Assembly (NCBI GenBank): GCA_963751345.1
Contig: CAVVUS010000011.1
Coordinates: 224,001-288,000, forward strand
DNA length: 64,000 nucleotides
Source of the DNA: an uncultured Chloroflexia bacterium
GTDB taxonomy: Bacteria > Chloroflexota > Anaerolineae > B4-G1 > SLSP01
Reading direction: 5' to 3'
The notes under the pieces are model-generated. The model was not told the origin of the DNA, ran no database searches, and saw only the letters and a program-made list of their open reading frames with translations. This document shows, piece by piece, positions 8,924 to 20,579 of this stretch. The first letter of the stretch is position 1. Every line of letters begins with the position of its first letter. The position numbers and the translations under genes are program-made.

Positions 8924-10716
8924 ATGGCGACCGGTGAATTCGCACTGGAGAGGGAGTGGCAGTCGGACCGGCGTAGTGCGGCGCGGTGGGTGTTCTCGCA
9001 CGCGTTCCGGCACAAGCTGGCGATCGTGGGGATGTTGGTCGGCGCGCTTGGGAATGCCCTGCTGGCGTCGGCGCAGCCTATCTACATCGGGCGAGCGTTT
9101 GACGCGATCGTCGCGACAACGCCCAATCTGCAAGCTGCTCGGCAAGATGGCGATCTTGGTTGCCGCGACCCAGGTCGTGCGCGGGGCTCTGCTGCAGTTG
9201 ATCCGGAACATCTCGGCGGAGACTCTTGGCCAGCGTATCGAGCGCGACGTTCGCGATGAGCTCTATCTGAGCCTCATCGGCAAGAGCATGGCCTTCCACG
9301 ATTCGCACCCCACCGGAGATCTGATGGCTCGCGCTACGAACGACGTGCGCCAGATCAACTTTCTCTTCAATCCCGGCCTGAACATGGTCATCGGGTCGGC
9401 AAACTTCCTGATCATGCCGCTGATCGTTGCGCCGGGCATCAATCCACAGCTCATCCTGGCACCGGCGATCTATCTGGTCTTCTATGCGGTGGTCGTCTAC
9501 ACCTACCTGGGTACCCTCCGCCCTGCCAGTGATGCCGTTCGCGTTCGCTTTGGCGACATGAACGCGACGTTGGCCGAGGCCGTTGAGGGCGTGGAGACGG
9601 TCAAGGGGGCCGCACAGGAGGACTACGAGATCGAGCGCTTCCGAAAGTCGGTTACCGACTGGCGGGAGGCCTTCGTGTGGCAGCAGGACATTCAGGCCCG
9701 ATTTCTGCCCCGTCTGCTGCTGGCGCTGCTCATCGGCGGCGGCACACTCCACGCCCTCCTGCTCTTTCGCGCGGGCGTTCTGCAGATCGGTGACGTTGTC
9801 GCCTACACCGGTATCCTGGCGCTCTTCGGGTTCCCCACGTGGACGGGCCAGTTCGCCTATCCGCGGGTGGCTTCGGGGCTCGCCAGCGCTCGGCGACTGC
9901 TGGAGTTGATCACCGCCCATACCGATCTCGATGAGAATCCCGAGGGGCACGACGCCCGGATTGAGGGGGCGGTGAGCCTTCGACCATGCCTGGTTCTGTT
10001 ACACACCGCCCGAGGACGGCTGCGAGATCGACGCGCGAGTCTGTTGCCCTGGAGGACATCACGATCCGGGTCGAGCCGGGCCAGACCGTCGCGCTGGTGG
10101 GACAGACGGGCTCGGGCAAGTCCACCATCGCCAAACTGATCAATCGCACGTACGACGTCGATGACGGGCGCGGTCTTGGTGGACGGGATCGACGTGCGAG
10201 CGTGGAGCCTGGCGTCGCTGCGCCGTCAGATCTCGGTGATCGAGCAGGACATCTTCCTCTTCTCCCGCACGATCGCGGAGAACATCGCCTTCGGACACCC
10301 GGAGGCAACTCGCTGAACAGATCGAGGCGGCAGCCAAGGCCGCGCAGGCTCACGATTTCATCGTGAGCTTTGCCGACGGCTATGAGACCGTGGTTGGCGA
10401 GCGCGGTGCGACGCTCTCCGGCGGGCAGCGGCAGCGTATCGCCCTGGCCCGGGCGTTCCTGACGGACCCGGCGATCCTGATCCTGGACGATGCAACGAGC
10501 GCCATCGACAGCGAGACAGAGGACCGCATCCAGCGGGCGATCGAGCGCGCTGCCGAACACCGCACCACTTTTCTCATCACGCATCGTCTCTCGCAGATAC
10601 GCTGGGCGGACCTGATCATCGTGATGGAGCAGGGACACGTGGCTGCCACCGGCACCCACGAGGAATTGATGGCGGCTTCTGAGGCCTACCGCAACATCTT
10701 CGCGCGCTACGAATAG
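8924..10716 (+). CDS. ABC exporter (TMD+NBD) subunit 1, several frameshifts
   Basis: TMD with [12 protein letters not shown]; [24 protein letters not shown] and THRLS are spread over consecutive frames. Confidence 0.85.
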
Positions 10717-10729
10717 GGTGTGACTTGAT

Positions 10730-12582
10730 ATGGGTTTCTTCCGCGGGCTAGAGGGAGAGGAATACGATCGCGAGTACGGCGATCGGGCGCTGATCGAGCG
10801 AATCTATAGGTATTTCCGACCGTATGGCAAGCAGGTGATCATCGCCGCCGTGCTCACGGTCAGCTTGTCGTTCGTCGCGATTGTGCCGCGTATCATCACG
10901 GCCCGTGGGCTGGATGTGCTCGTCGGCAACCGGCGTGATCTCACCATGATCCTGGGCATCGTCGCCGCTGTGCTCCTCAGTGGGGCTTTCGACTGGGGAG
11001 GGACCTGGTTGAACCGCCGCCTCCTTGCCCGTGTGAGCGGCTCGATCATGCAGAAACTGCGTGACGACGCGTTCTCAGCCTCGATACGTCACGATCTCTC
11101 GTTCTTCGACCAATACCCCTCCGGCGGCATCATAAGCCGCATCACGTCGGACACCGAGGAGTTCGCCGGGGTCGTGCAGTTGGTGACCGACTTCCTCGGC
11201 CAGGTGCTGCAGGTGCTCTTCCTGGTCGGCTATCTGTTCAGCATCTCGTGGCGGCTCACCCTGATGGTCCTGGCCTTTGTTCCCCTGGTTCTGGTCGTCG
11301 CCCTCAGCCTGCGGCGCCTGGCACGCAAAGTCACCCGCCAGGGGTTCAGGATGATGGCGCGGGTCAACACCGCCATCCAGGAGGCCGTGACCGGGATCGG
11401 CGTCGCGAAGAACTTCCGCCAGGAAGCAGCCATTTACGATGAGTTCGCGGAGACCAACCGGGAGTCTTATCGGGTCAATCTCCGGCGGGGATACACCCTG
11501 GCCCTCAGCTTCCCGGTGCTGAACGCGCTCTCCGGCATCGGGACCGCCGTCATCGTCTACCTCGGCGGCCGGGCTGCTGCCAGCACCGCGCTGCACGCCG
11601 GGTGATTGGTATCTCTTCATCACCAGCATGGATCGCTTTTGGTTCCCGGTGCTGAGTATCTCGGCGTTCTGGAATCAGTTCCAGAGCGGCTTGTCGGCGG
11701 CCGAGCGCGTCTTCGCGCTGATCGACGCCGAGGCCAAGGTTCAGCAGGTCGACAACAAGCCTCGTCGCGCAGTTGCGGGGCGAGATCGAGTTCGACCGCG
11801 TGCAGTTCCGCTACACCGAACAGGAGAAGGTGCTTCAGGATTTCTCGCTGCACATTCAGCCCGGCGAGAGCGTCGCCTTTGTGGGCCACACGGGCGCCGG
11901 CAAGAGCAGCATCGCCAATCTCATCGCGCGTTTCTACGAGTTTCAGGGCGGCAGGATCCGCATCGATGGGCAGAACATCCGAGCCTTTGACCTCAAGGCG
12001 TATCGAAAGCAGCTTGGGATTGTGTCTCAGGCGCCCTTCCTCTTCTCCGGCACGGTGCGCCATAACATCCGGTACGGACGGGAGGATGTGACCGACGACG
12101 AGATCGAGGAGATCTCGCACCATATCGGCGGCGGAGGATGGCTAGAGACGCTGCCCGATGGTCTGGAGACCGACGTGGGGGAGCGGGGCTCGCAGCTTTC
12201 CATGGGGCAGCGCCAGCTCGTCGCCCTGATGCGCGTGTTGGTGCAGAGGCCGGCGATCTTCATTCTGGATGAGGCGACGGCCAGCATCGACCCCTTCACG
12301 GAGGCCCAGATCCAGGATGCGACGGAGCTGATCCTCGAGCAGAGCACGTCGATCCTGATCGCACACCGCCTCTCGACCATTCGCGCCGTCGACCGCATCA
12401 TCGTGCTGCGGGAGGGAGAGATCATCGAGGAAGGCCGCCACGAGACCCTCATGGAGCGGGGCGGGCACTACGCCGAGCTCTACAACACCTACTTCAGGCA
12501 CCAATCGCCCGATTACCGACCGGCAGCGCCGGAGCACGAGGACGAGAGTTACCTGGAGCTTCTTCCCAGATACCGAGGATAA
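10730..12582 (+). CDS. ABC exporter (TMD+NBD) subunit 2, two frameshifts
   Basis: SGGIISRITSD, GHTGAGKSS, LSMGQRQL, LDEATAS, AHRLST. Heterodimer partner of the upstream gene. Confidence 0.85.
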
Positions 12583-12595
12583 GTGTGAACGCTCA

Positions 12596-13006
12596 ATGAG
12601 ACGGTCGCTCTGGATCTACACCGCGATTGGCGTCGGCCTCTCCATCTCCTTGGCGAGCTCATTTCAGTCCCGTCTGACGATTCACCCCTACGTCACGTGG
12701 GTGGTGGCCAGCAGCATCATAACGTGGGCGCTCTATGCGTGGGACAAGCGGACGGCTGAGCTGGGAAAGCTGCTCAAGGGATGGCGGGTGCCTGAGTTCA
12801 CGCTGAATCTGATGACGCTGCTGGGAGGATTTCCCGGTGCGTGGGTCGGCCGCGCGATGTTCAACCACAAGACCAATGTGAAGCGGCACCAGAGCATCTT
12901 GGTTGTCTTGGTCGCGAGTGTCGTGCTTCACGGCCTGGTGGTCGCGCGGCTTCTCTATGGCCCGCCGCTTGCCCTCTGGCCCCCGGAAAACTGGCTGACG
13001 TTCTAA
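12596..13006 (+). CDS. DUF1294 family membrane protein
   Basis: YAWDKR...WRVPEFTL...LLGGFPGAW...FNHKT signature. Confidence 0.8.
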   Translation: MRRSLWIYTAIGVGLSISLASSFQSRLTIHPYVTWVVASSIITWALYAWDKRTAELGKLLKGWRVPEFTLNLMTLLGGFPGAWVGRAMFNHKTNVKRHQSILVVLVASVVLHGLVVARLLYGPPLALWPPENWLTF

Positions 13007-14446
13007 GGTCGCAGCGAGGAGGGCTGACGAGATTCAACCACGTCGTCGCGGATCGTCCTGTACCCCGCCTGCATCTGCTTCAGCTCCTCGCGGTCGATCT
13101 CGTGTTCCCCGTAGTGAACGCGCATATAGGCATCGGTGATCCTCTGTAGCATCTCCTGATGGCCACCGAACGCCCCGACCAGGTCCTCGACGTAGTTGTC
13201 CGGCGACTGGTACTTCTTGCGCGTGTATCCTCGCTGGTCGGCCATCCGGCTGAGATTGGCGTAGATGTTCTGGATTGAGATCGCTGCCAGGAGCTGCTGA
13301 CCGACGCCGACCCGCCGCGCCAGATCGAGCATCTCCTTCAGTTGGGAGAGCCCCCGTCCGAGCAGAGAATCGCCGCGCGTTGCCCGCCGTCTGACTTCCG
13401 CGCGCACCGGTTCGTGCCGCCGTGGCCGCACGATGCGACTCACCAGCAAGACAATGCCGGCTGCGACGGCGATGAGCAGCACTATAGCGCCGATGCGCAG
13501 AGCGGTCAGAACCCACGGCGGCAGGGCCGACAGCGTCGAGGTGATACCCACGTTGTCCTCCAGAAGGTCGGCAGCGGAGGGCAGCGTCGCGAGCGCCGGC
13601 GCGTCGCGTGAACCAAAGAGGCTAAACGCAGCCTCGATGACCGCGATCATCGTCGGATAGACCAGGAAGACGATGGCCAACGTGACCTCGAGCAGGAACA
13701 ACAGCAGCAGACTGAAGCCTTTCTCGGCCAGGGGCGTGAGGAAATCAGCGGTCGTCAGCAGCGGCACCAAGCCGATGACGCAGATCGCGGCGATAAGCAG
13801 CACGATCTGCAGGGTGACGGGACGCGGCATGAACGCGCCCGTTGAAGCTGCGTTGGCCGCCTTCTCGTCCGTATGGCTTATGAGAAGAACGAGGAGCCCC
13901 AGCGGGTAGCATGCGACCAGGACCGGGAATGGGTGTGCTGCGGGATTGCGGCTGCTCGCCACTGCGACGATCGCCGACAGGATCCAGAGCCAGCGGACGT
14001 TTCCCTTGAGCCGGGAGAAGGGCAAGCTTCGTCCCGAGGCCTGCAGCGCCCGCGCCCAGAGCAACAGCGTTTGCCAAGAAGGCGAGCAGCTCGCGCGGAA
14101 CTCCCGCATTGAATGCCAGGAGATTGTGCCAGGTCGACGCCAGCCAGGATAGATCGCCCAGGGGCAGCCGGGGATAGACCACGATCCTCAGCAGGACCAG
14201 GTAGCTCACCACGATGGCGGCCAGCACTCGCCATCTGAAGCCTGCATCGCTCAGCTTCATCGAGTTCATCAGGTCGATGATGGCCATCCACAGGCACTGC
14301 ATCCCCCAGAGGCCAACGGCCAGCAACCAGGTGGGCGTCGAGAGTGACGGGCCCGCCAGCCAGGAGACTGCAAGGGCCAACACGGCGGACTCCAGCCCTG
14401 CGAGGCCGATGGTGACCCACCGCTGGCGCCGATCCCAGAGCATCAC
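13003..14446 (-). CDS. DUF4129-type multi-TM membrane protein, frameshifted
   Basis: Multi-TM N-terminal part and C-terminal ITDAYMRVHYG motif; lies downstream of MoxR-DUF58. Confidence 0.7.
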
Positions 14447-15858
14447 GGGTTCTGCGCCTGCACCAGCTCGTCCGCCACCATCACATTGTCCGCCACAGGC
14501 CCGATCCGGTAGACCCTGATGTCGAGCTGCTCTCTCGTCCGGGGGCGCTCGTCGGGGCGGGGTGGATCATCCAGTGAGTAGACCAGCACCTTCCGTCCGG
14601 ACTTTGCCAGGGTGCCAAGGGCCTCCCAGAGGCTCCCGTACGTGACAGGGGTCACAATCGCCAGCGTCGCTCCCCATGGCAATCCCGGCGCCTTGCGGAG
14701 TAGGAAGTCCTCAATTGGCCGGCTGGCATAGGGTGTCACGGCAGCCAGCAGCTCGAGGATGTTCGTCAGTTGGCCCCGACTGCGCCCCGGCAGCAGGCGG
14801 ATGTCCTGGTCACTGCCGGGCAGATAACCGTTTGCCATCACCCCCACGGGGAGCCGCAGCTCGGTCGCGAGCAGGGCCAGAGTCCCTGCGACGCTGACGG
14901 CCAGCTCGTGCCTGGCTTCGACGATGCCCTCCCAGTGATGCTCCAGTGTGGCGACGTTGAGGATGACCTGGATCTGAGGCTCCTCGCTGGGCTCGTAGAC
15001 ACGGCTCAGGAGATGCTGATGTTTTGCTGACGCCTTCCAATGCACGCGTTTCATCGCGTCGCCGGGCTGCCAATCGCGAATGCCCGCGGTGCGCAGGGGA
15101 TCCTCGAAGAGACGCTGCTCGGAGCCGCGCTCGCCGAAGGGATTCTTGGCCGGCAGCCCCAGCTCCGCGGCTGTGAAGAGCCGGGGGTAGATGATCAGCC
15201 GGTGCTCCTTCTCCAGCTTTGCCTTCCGTTCGAAGAACCCGAACCCGTCGCCTGTGGTCAGGGTCGCTGGGCCATAGGTTGCGTAGCCTCGCTTGGTGCA
15301 CCGGATCTCGAACGTGCGCTCCAACGTCTGCTGGGCGCCGGCTATCCACGAGGAGGTTAGCTCGCCCTGGTTCGTGGCGCGGTTCACCGGGATGGCCGTG
15401 CCGACCACGGGCAAATGGGCGGGGAAGATGTCGACCACTCGGAGCCAGGTGACCGGGATCGGCTTCCGGTTGTGTACCCGCAGGGTGAGCGTCACCGTCT
15501 CGCCCAGGAATGCGCGGGTTTCGTCGGGGGCGCCGCTGAGACCCTCGACGTCGTGGAATTCGCGCTCATACGTCAGGCCGTAGAGGCCCAGCTTCGACCA
15601 CGCCCAGGCGGCGCCGACGCTGAGGCCCAGCAGCGACGCCGCGGCGATCAGCATGCGGCTCTGCAGCAAGACGCCGGCCACGGCAAAGAGGATGGCCGTG
15701 CTCAGCCACGGCTTCGCAGTGCTCGTCTCCTCCAGGATCTTGAAGTGGATGGGACCGCCGGACGCCGGCGACGCGTCCTGCGTTTGGTGATCTCCGGAGG
15801 TGCGGTCTGCACCTGCCTTGACCATTCTCTGTCCCTCAGCGCGCTCCGCCACGGCCAT
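14443..15858 (-). CDS. DUF58 domain protein
   Basis: IRDWQPGDAMKRVHWKASA, two N-terminal TM helices, adjacent to MoxR. Confidence 0.9.
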   Translation of the reverse strand: MAVAERAEGQRMVKAGADRTSGDHQTQDASPASGGPIHFKILEETSTAKPWLSTAILFAVAGVLLQSRMLIAAASLLGLSVGAAWAWSKLGLYGLTYEREFHDVEGLSGAPDETRAFLGETVTLTLRVHNRKPIPVTWLRVVDIFPAHLPVVGTAIPVNRATNQGELTSSWIAGAQQTLERTFEIRCTKRGYATYGPATLTTGDGFGFFERKAKLEKEHRLIIYPRLFTAAELGLPAKNPFGERGSEQRLFEDPLRTAGIRDWQPGDAMKRVHWKASAKHQHLLSRVYEPSEEPQIQVILNVATLEHHWEGIVEARHELAVSVAGTLALLATELRLPVGVMANGYLPGSDQDIRLLPGRSRGQLTNILELLAAVTPYASRPIEDFLLRKAPGLPWGATLAIVTPVTYGSLWEALGTLAKSGRKVLVYSLDDPPRPDERPRTREQLDIRVYRIGPVADNVMVADELVQAQNP

Positions 15859-15863
15859 CTCGG

Positions 15864-16802
15864 CTACTCGACGACAGGAACGGGGACGGCCTCGATGATC
15901 TCGGCAATCACCTGGCCCGGCGTTCGGCCACGGAGCCGCACCTGCGGGCTGATATGCACCCTGTGGGTCAACACAGGGGGACAGAGGCGCTGGACGTCAC
16001 TCGGCACGACGAAATCGCGTCCCTTCAGTGCAGCGAGAGCCTGCGAGGCGCGGAACAACGCCAGCGATCCGCGCGGTGAGACCCCCAGGGCCACCGAGGG
16101 GTGATCGCGCGTCGTCCTGACCACCTCCAGGATGTAGTGTCGCACGTCGTCGCTCACGTGGATGGTCCTGACCTGCTTCTGGAGCTCTGCGATAGCCTCG
16201 TTCGAGACCACAGGGCCGAGGCCGGCCAGGGGATCGTCGATCTGGTAACGCAGCAGGATGGTGTCCTCTTCCTCGATAGTTGGGTATCCCAGCTCGATCT
16301 GCATCAGGAACCTATCCATCTGGGCCTCGGGTAGGGGAAACGTCCCTTCCAGTTCGATAGGGTTCTGTGTCGCGATGACGAGGAAGGGACGGGGCAGTTG
16401 GTAGGTCGCGCCGTCGACCGTGACCTGGTATTCCTGCATCGCCTCCAGGAGGCTCGACTGCGTTCGCGGGGTTGCCCGGTTGATCTCATCCGCGAGCACG
16501 ATCTGGCTGAGGATGGGACCGGGACGAAACTCAAAGTCCTGTGCCTTCTGGTTGAACATGCTCATGCCCGTCACGTCGCTGGGCAGCAGATCCGGGGTGA
16601 ATTGGATGCGTGCAAAGGAGCAATCAAGACTGCGCGCCAGCGCCTTCGCCAGCGTCGTCTTCCCGATCCCGGGAACGTCCTCCAGCAGGACGTGCCCCTC
16701 GACCAGCAGTGAGACGAGAAGCAGGTCGACGACACCGGATTTCCCGATGATGACCTTTGCCACGTTGCGCCGCACGGTCTCCGCGAACGCTGTGAACTGC
16801 AT
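15864..16802 (-). CDS. moxR: MoxR family AAA+ ATPase
   Basis: LLEDVPGIGKT, RIQFTPDLLPSD, LADEINRA, ATQNPIE, SPRG. Confidence 0.95.
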   Translation of the reverse strand: MQFTAFAETVRRNVAKVIIGKSGVVDLLLVSLLVEGHVLLEDVPGIGKTTLAKALARSLDCSFARIQFTPDLLPSDVTGMSMFNQKAQDFEFRPGPILSQIVLADEINRATPRTQSSLLEAMQEYQVTVDGATYQLPRPFLVIATQNPIELEGTFPLPEAQMDRFLMQIELGYPTIEEEDTILLRYQIDDPLAGLGPVVSNEAIAELQKQVRTIHVSDDVRHYILEVVRTTRDHPSVALGVSPRGSLALFRASQALAALKGRDFVVPSDVQRLCPPVLTHRVHISPQVRLRGRTPGQVIAEIIEAVPVPVVE

Positions 16803-16918
16803 ACCATCACTCCTAACACAGAAGATGAGTCACAAAACAGACACTACATCATAGCACAAACGGCACCCGCGGCACCCACAAAACGGGATATAGGTGTGTT
16901 TCAGGATAGGGGCGAGTC

Positions 16919-17022
16919 GTCATCCTGAACGAAGTGAAGGATCTCCGCCTTGCGGTTACGGCTGCATCCGTGGACAGAGATCATTCGCCGGGGCGGAAGA
17001 CGGGGCACCGCCCCGTCTCTAC
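16919..17022. repeat. Composite REP-like element: a GTCATCCTGA..GAAGGATCTC arm truncated by a GTAG-type REP
   Basis: GTCATCCTGAACGAAGTGAAGGATCTC at 16919, partial complement GAGATCATTCG near 16977, then CGGAAGACGGGGCACCGCCCCGTCTCTAC (16994-17022), which recurs at 27662. Confidence 0.7.
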
Positions 17023-17074
17023 AAGAGGGCGGCGTGCTCGGCGTGCTGTATCCGGCAATTGTCCCTGATACACG

Positions 17075-17107
17075 ACAAGCGCCCGGCTCGCGGTGCCGGG
17101 CGCTTGT
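17075..17107 (-). terminator. Hairpin downstream of the sugar cluster
   Basis: ACAAGCGCCCGGC...GCCGGGCGCTTGT, a 13-bp stem. Confidence 0.55.
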
Positions 17108-17121
17108 AGGCGGATGACGCG

Positions 17122-18549
17122 TTAGTCGATACAGCGGACCCGCAGGGCCAAGTACGGCATGCCCGGCAGATCGATACGCACGGTACCGGAGACCGTACCC
17201 TGGATCGGGGTCACGGTCATCTCCCAGGTGTCGATGACGTCGACCGCATAGTGTCTGTCCGCCGGCAGCCGCAGCGTCTTGGCTGCAGGCCGATGGCGGC
17301 CCAGGTAGATCAGGCGATAGGTGTCGTCCCCTGCTTGGGTGAGATCCCAATCGGCCTTGTATGGGTCGATGGCCGGCCCTGCTTGCATGATGTCGCGGAG
17401 GAAGGCGATCCTCACCGGGCTCTGACCGTGGAGCACGCCGCCCTTGGACCACCATAGGACGTCCTCGGGGTGCAGATAGGTCTCTCCGTGACCGACGTAG
17501 CCGCCTCGCGCGCAGCCCTCCCAGAACCGGTGTACCATCTCCTGAGCCGTGATGTTGCCCCAGTTGTTCGGGATGTTGCCCTCATACTGACACTCGTCGA
17601 CGACCACAGGCTTGTGGTACTGCTCGCGCCACTGTGTGACGCGCTCCAGGTCCGAGTGCTGGATGCTGCAGTGCGTGACCCAGGGCTTGTTGTGATCGTA
17701 GAACTCGCGGCAGTTGTGGATGGATCTTGGATGCTGATAGGGATCGTAGGTCTGCACGATTCGGAAGAACCGGTCCCAGTCCGGCATCGACTTGGCCTTC
17801 ATCAGGTCGTACTCATTGGCCATCGACCACCAAACGTTCCGGTATGCGGCCACGCGCGCGATCAGATAGCGCAGATAGCGGTCGTCGACGTCGGCCGGCA
17901 TTGTGCTGTATCCCCAACGGTCGTAGGGATGGAAGAGGATGAGATCCGCCTCGATGCCCAGCGCGCGAAGATCGCCGATGCGCTGCTCCAGATGCCGGAA
18001 GAACGCAGGGTTGAAGCGCTCGAAGTCGAAGCTGCCGTCGGCGTTCCGCTCGAAGGCGTGGTACACCGGCTCGTTCTCGTTGTAGGTATAGTGTTTCGGG
18101 AAGACGCACATCCGCAGCTTGTTGAACGGCGCGGTGCCGAGGGTCGCCAGCGTCTGTGTCTCCAGGGCGTCGCCCTGGTGCACCCACGCGTAGCAGGTCG
18201 TGCCGAACGAGAAATGGGGCGTCCCATCTTCGTATCGGAAGTGGTAGGTCCTATCGGTCCGCACCGGGCCGTGATTGCCGGCGTTCTCAGGTGTGCAGAT
18301 GAAGATGCCGCTTTGCCCATCCAGCGAGGGGACGTTGCTTTGTGTGGTGAAGCGCCACTCGCCCACGGCGTCGGGCATAAAGCGCAGCTTGTAGGTGCCG
18401 TCGCCGTCGTAGAACCCCTCGACCTCAACGCGACGGTTCTTGTAGCTGAACGTTGCCCCGAGCTCGACGTCGACAAATGGATTGCCCTCCCGAGGCCCCG
18501 CGAGGGTCAGCTCGAAGATTCCCCACTTCTCAGTGCTACCGTTCTGCAT
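17122..18549 (-). CDS. DUF5060/DUF4038/DUF5605 putative glycoside hydrolase
   Basis: [53 protein letters not shown] before MQNGS. Confidence 0.85.
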   Translation of the reverse strand: MQNGSTEKWGIFELTLAGPREGNPFVDVELGATFSYKNRRVEVEGFYDGDGTYKLRFMPDAVGEWRFTTQSNVPSLDGQSGIFICTPENAGNHGPVRTDRTYHFRYEDGTPHFSFGTTCYAWVHQGDALETQTLATLGTAPFNKLRMCVFPKHYTYNENEPVYHAFERNADGSFDFERFNPAFFRHLEQRIGDLRALGIEADLILFHPYDRWGYSTMPADVDDRYLRYLIARVAAYRNVWWSMANEYDLMKAKSMPDWDRFFRIVQTYDPYQHPRSIHNCREFYDHNKPWVTHCSIQHSDLERVTQWREQYHKPVVVDECQYEGNIPNNWGNITAQEMVHRFWEGCARGGYVGHGETYLHPEDVLWWSKGGVLHGQSPVRIAFLRDIMQAGPAIDPYKADWDLTQAGDDTYRLIYLGRHRPAAKTLRLPADRHYAVDVIDTWEMTVTPIQGTVSGTVRIDLPGMPYLALRVRCID

Positions 18550-18595
18550 GGTCGTGTCCTCCACGGTTGGCGACTGGCGGCTTTGCGGACGACTA

Positions 18596-19486
18596 TCACT
18601 CGGCGATGAAGGAATTCGTCAGTGTGCCCAGGTCGCCAACCTCGATTGTGATCTTGTCGCCCGGCTTCATCCAGACCTTCTCCTTCATGCCGAGGATCAC
18701 GCCCTCGGGCGTGCCGGTCAGGATGACGTCGCCCGGCTTGAGCACCATATAGCGGCTGGCGTAGCTAACGATCTCGGCGACCGTGAAGACCATATCAGCG
18801 GTGTTGGAGTTCTGGCGCAACTCCCCGTTGAGCCAGCTCTTGGTCGTCAATTGCTGGGGATCCGGGACCTCGTCCGCGGTCACCAGGTAAGGGCCGATGG
18901 GGCAGAACTTGTCCATCGTCTTGCCCAGCAGCCACTGGCTCGTGCGCATCTGCAGATCGCGCGCGCTGACGTCGTTGGCATTGCAGTAGCCAAGGACATA
19001 GTCCAGCGCCTTATCCACCGATACGTGCTTGGCCGTCTTGCCCATGACGACCGCAAGTTCGACCTCGTAGTCGTACTCGATGGCCTCGGCGCTAAGCGGG
19101 ATCACCTCGCCGTGGCCGGCGAGCGCGTTATTGAACTTCGAGAAGAGTACCGGGAACTCGGGAACCTCGGCACCGGATTCGGCCGCGTGCCGCCGGTAGT
19201 TCAGCCCGACACACAGGATCTTCTCGGGATTGTGGACACAGGGGCCGAACTGAAGTGCGGACTCATCCAGCATCCATGCGGCGCCCTTGGCTTTTGGCAT
19301 CGCCTCAGCCAGGAGGCTGGCCAGATCCGGCACGGCGCTCAGCCCACGTGAGAAGACGGCGGCTGGTGTGGTGGGCACGTCGTCGCGCTCCAGGGCCGCC
19401 GCGGCAGCGCGTACGTCGAGCACCCCCATGGCTGTCTTGATGCCGAGCGACGTGCCTCTTAGCGATTTGAACGTAAGTAGTCTCAT
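18596..19486 (-). CDS. Fumarylacetoacetate hydrolase family protein
   Basis: [35 protein letters not shown]. Confidence 0.92.
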   Translation of the reverse strand: MRLLTFKSLRGTSLGIKTAMGVLDVRAAAAALERDDVPTTPAAVFSRGLSAVPDLASLLAEAMPKAKGAAWMLDESALQFGPCVHNPEKILCVGLNYRRHAAESGAEVPEFPVLFSKFNNALAGHGEVIPLSAEAIEYDYEVELAVVMGKTAKHVSVDKALDYVLGYCNANDVSARDLQMRTSQWLLGKTMDKFCPIGPYLVTADEVPDPQQLTTKSWLNGELRQNSNTADMVFTVAEIVSYASRYMVLKPGDVILTGTPEGVILGMKEKVWMKPGDKITIEVGDLGTLTNSFIAE

Positions 19487-19497
19487 CTCTTCCCCCT

Positions 19498-20469
19498 CTA
19501 TAGGTTCTCAGTTGTTAACCTGCCGTCGGCCAACGCCGTGCGGAAGGTGGCGATGGTCGACGCCACGCCCTGATCGAGGCCGGTGTAGGAAAGCGAACCG
19601 AGCAGCTCTGCGAGGCGCGAGTCGTCCTGACCGTCAGGGAAGGGCAGCGGCGTTGGGTCATAGGAGATGGTCCCCTTGGCTGAGGGCACGGCAGCCTCGA
19701 TCGCGCCCACAACCTCACCCATATCGACGACCGACCCCCTGACGTTGTAGACCTCGGCGCCCTCGAAGCCGACGTCCGCGACCTTGACGAAGAGCCCGGC
19801 GATGTCCTCGGTATACTGCATGCCGCTGCGCCCGCCGTACGTGATGTGGTAGGGCAGCCCTGCTGCTGCGGCCAGCATAGCTTTGGTCGGGGTGGACGTC
19901 ATCCCCTGGTCGCGACCTGGGCCGTAGATCACGTAAGGCCGCAGGCCGATGCTGCTCAGGCCGTAGTCCCACCAGAAGACTCTGCTGGTCGACTCGTTGG
20001 CCTGCTTGAAGACGCCGTAGAGCGTTCTGGGTTTCAGAAGATCGTCCGGCTGGATGAGCGCTCCGGCGTACTCTTCCCTCAGCCCATACGCCGCCACACT
20101 GCTGGCGTAGACGACGCGCTTGAGCTCAAGCTGCCGCGCGACCTCAAAGACGTTCACCGTGCCGACGACGTTGACCCGTGCGCCCAGGGCGGGATTGGCC
20201 TTGCAGGCGGGCACCTGCAGCGCGGCAAGGTGGATGATGTCGGTGACACCCGCGCCCTCGGCCAGGCTCAGCAGTTGCTTGAGGTCCGTGATGTCGCCCT
20301 TGGCGAAGTGCACCTGCCCCAGTTCATCCGGCGTCATGATCAGTCTCATGCGGTGTGGGTCGTCGGCCAGATCGAAGGCCGTGACCGACCTGCCTTGCCT
20401 GACAAGCGTCCTGACGACCCACGATCCGATGCATCCCAGGGCTCCCGTCACGAGAAAATGTCTATTCAT
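19498..20469 (-). CDS. NAD-dependent epimerase/dehydratase (extended SDR)
   Basis: TGALGCIG, HLAA, ASS, YGVFK (YxxxK). Confidence 0.9.
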   Translation of the reverse strand: MNRHFLVTGALGCIGSWVVRTLVRQGRSVTAFDLADDPHRMRLIMTPDELGQVHFAKGDITDLKQLLSLAEGAGVTDIIHLAALQVPACKANPALGARVNVVGTVNVFEVARQLELKRVVYASSVAAYGLREEYAGALIQPDDLLKPRTLYGVFKQANESTSRVFWWDYGLSSIGLRPYVIYGPGRDQGMTSTPTKAMLAAAAGLPYHITYGGRSGMQYTEDIAGLFVKVADVGFEGAEVYNVRGSVVDMGEVVGAIEAAVPSAKGTISYDPTPLPFPDGQDDSRLAELLGSLSYTGLDQGVASTIATFRTALADGRLTTENL

Positions 20470-20508
20470 GTCTGTTCCTTCCTATCACTCGATCTCCTCA
20501 CGCCAAGA

Positions 20509-20568
20509 AGACCTTTGGGGTTTCCTTCACAACCAGGTGTCTACTCGACGAGGAAACCCCAAAGGTCT
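20509..20568. repeat. Perfect 18-bp inverted repeat (REP-like)
   Basis: AGACCTTTGGGGTTTCCT...AGGAAACCCCAAAGGTCT. Confidence 0.8.
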
Positions 20569-20579
20569 CTGCGGGCTAC

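Noticed and set aside
13003-16802. MoxR-DUF58-DUF4129 as a novel system
   Set aside because: A common, previously described gene trio.
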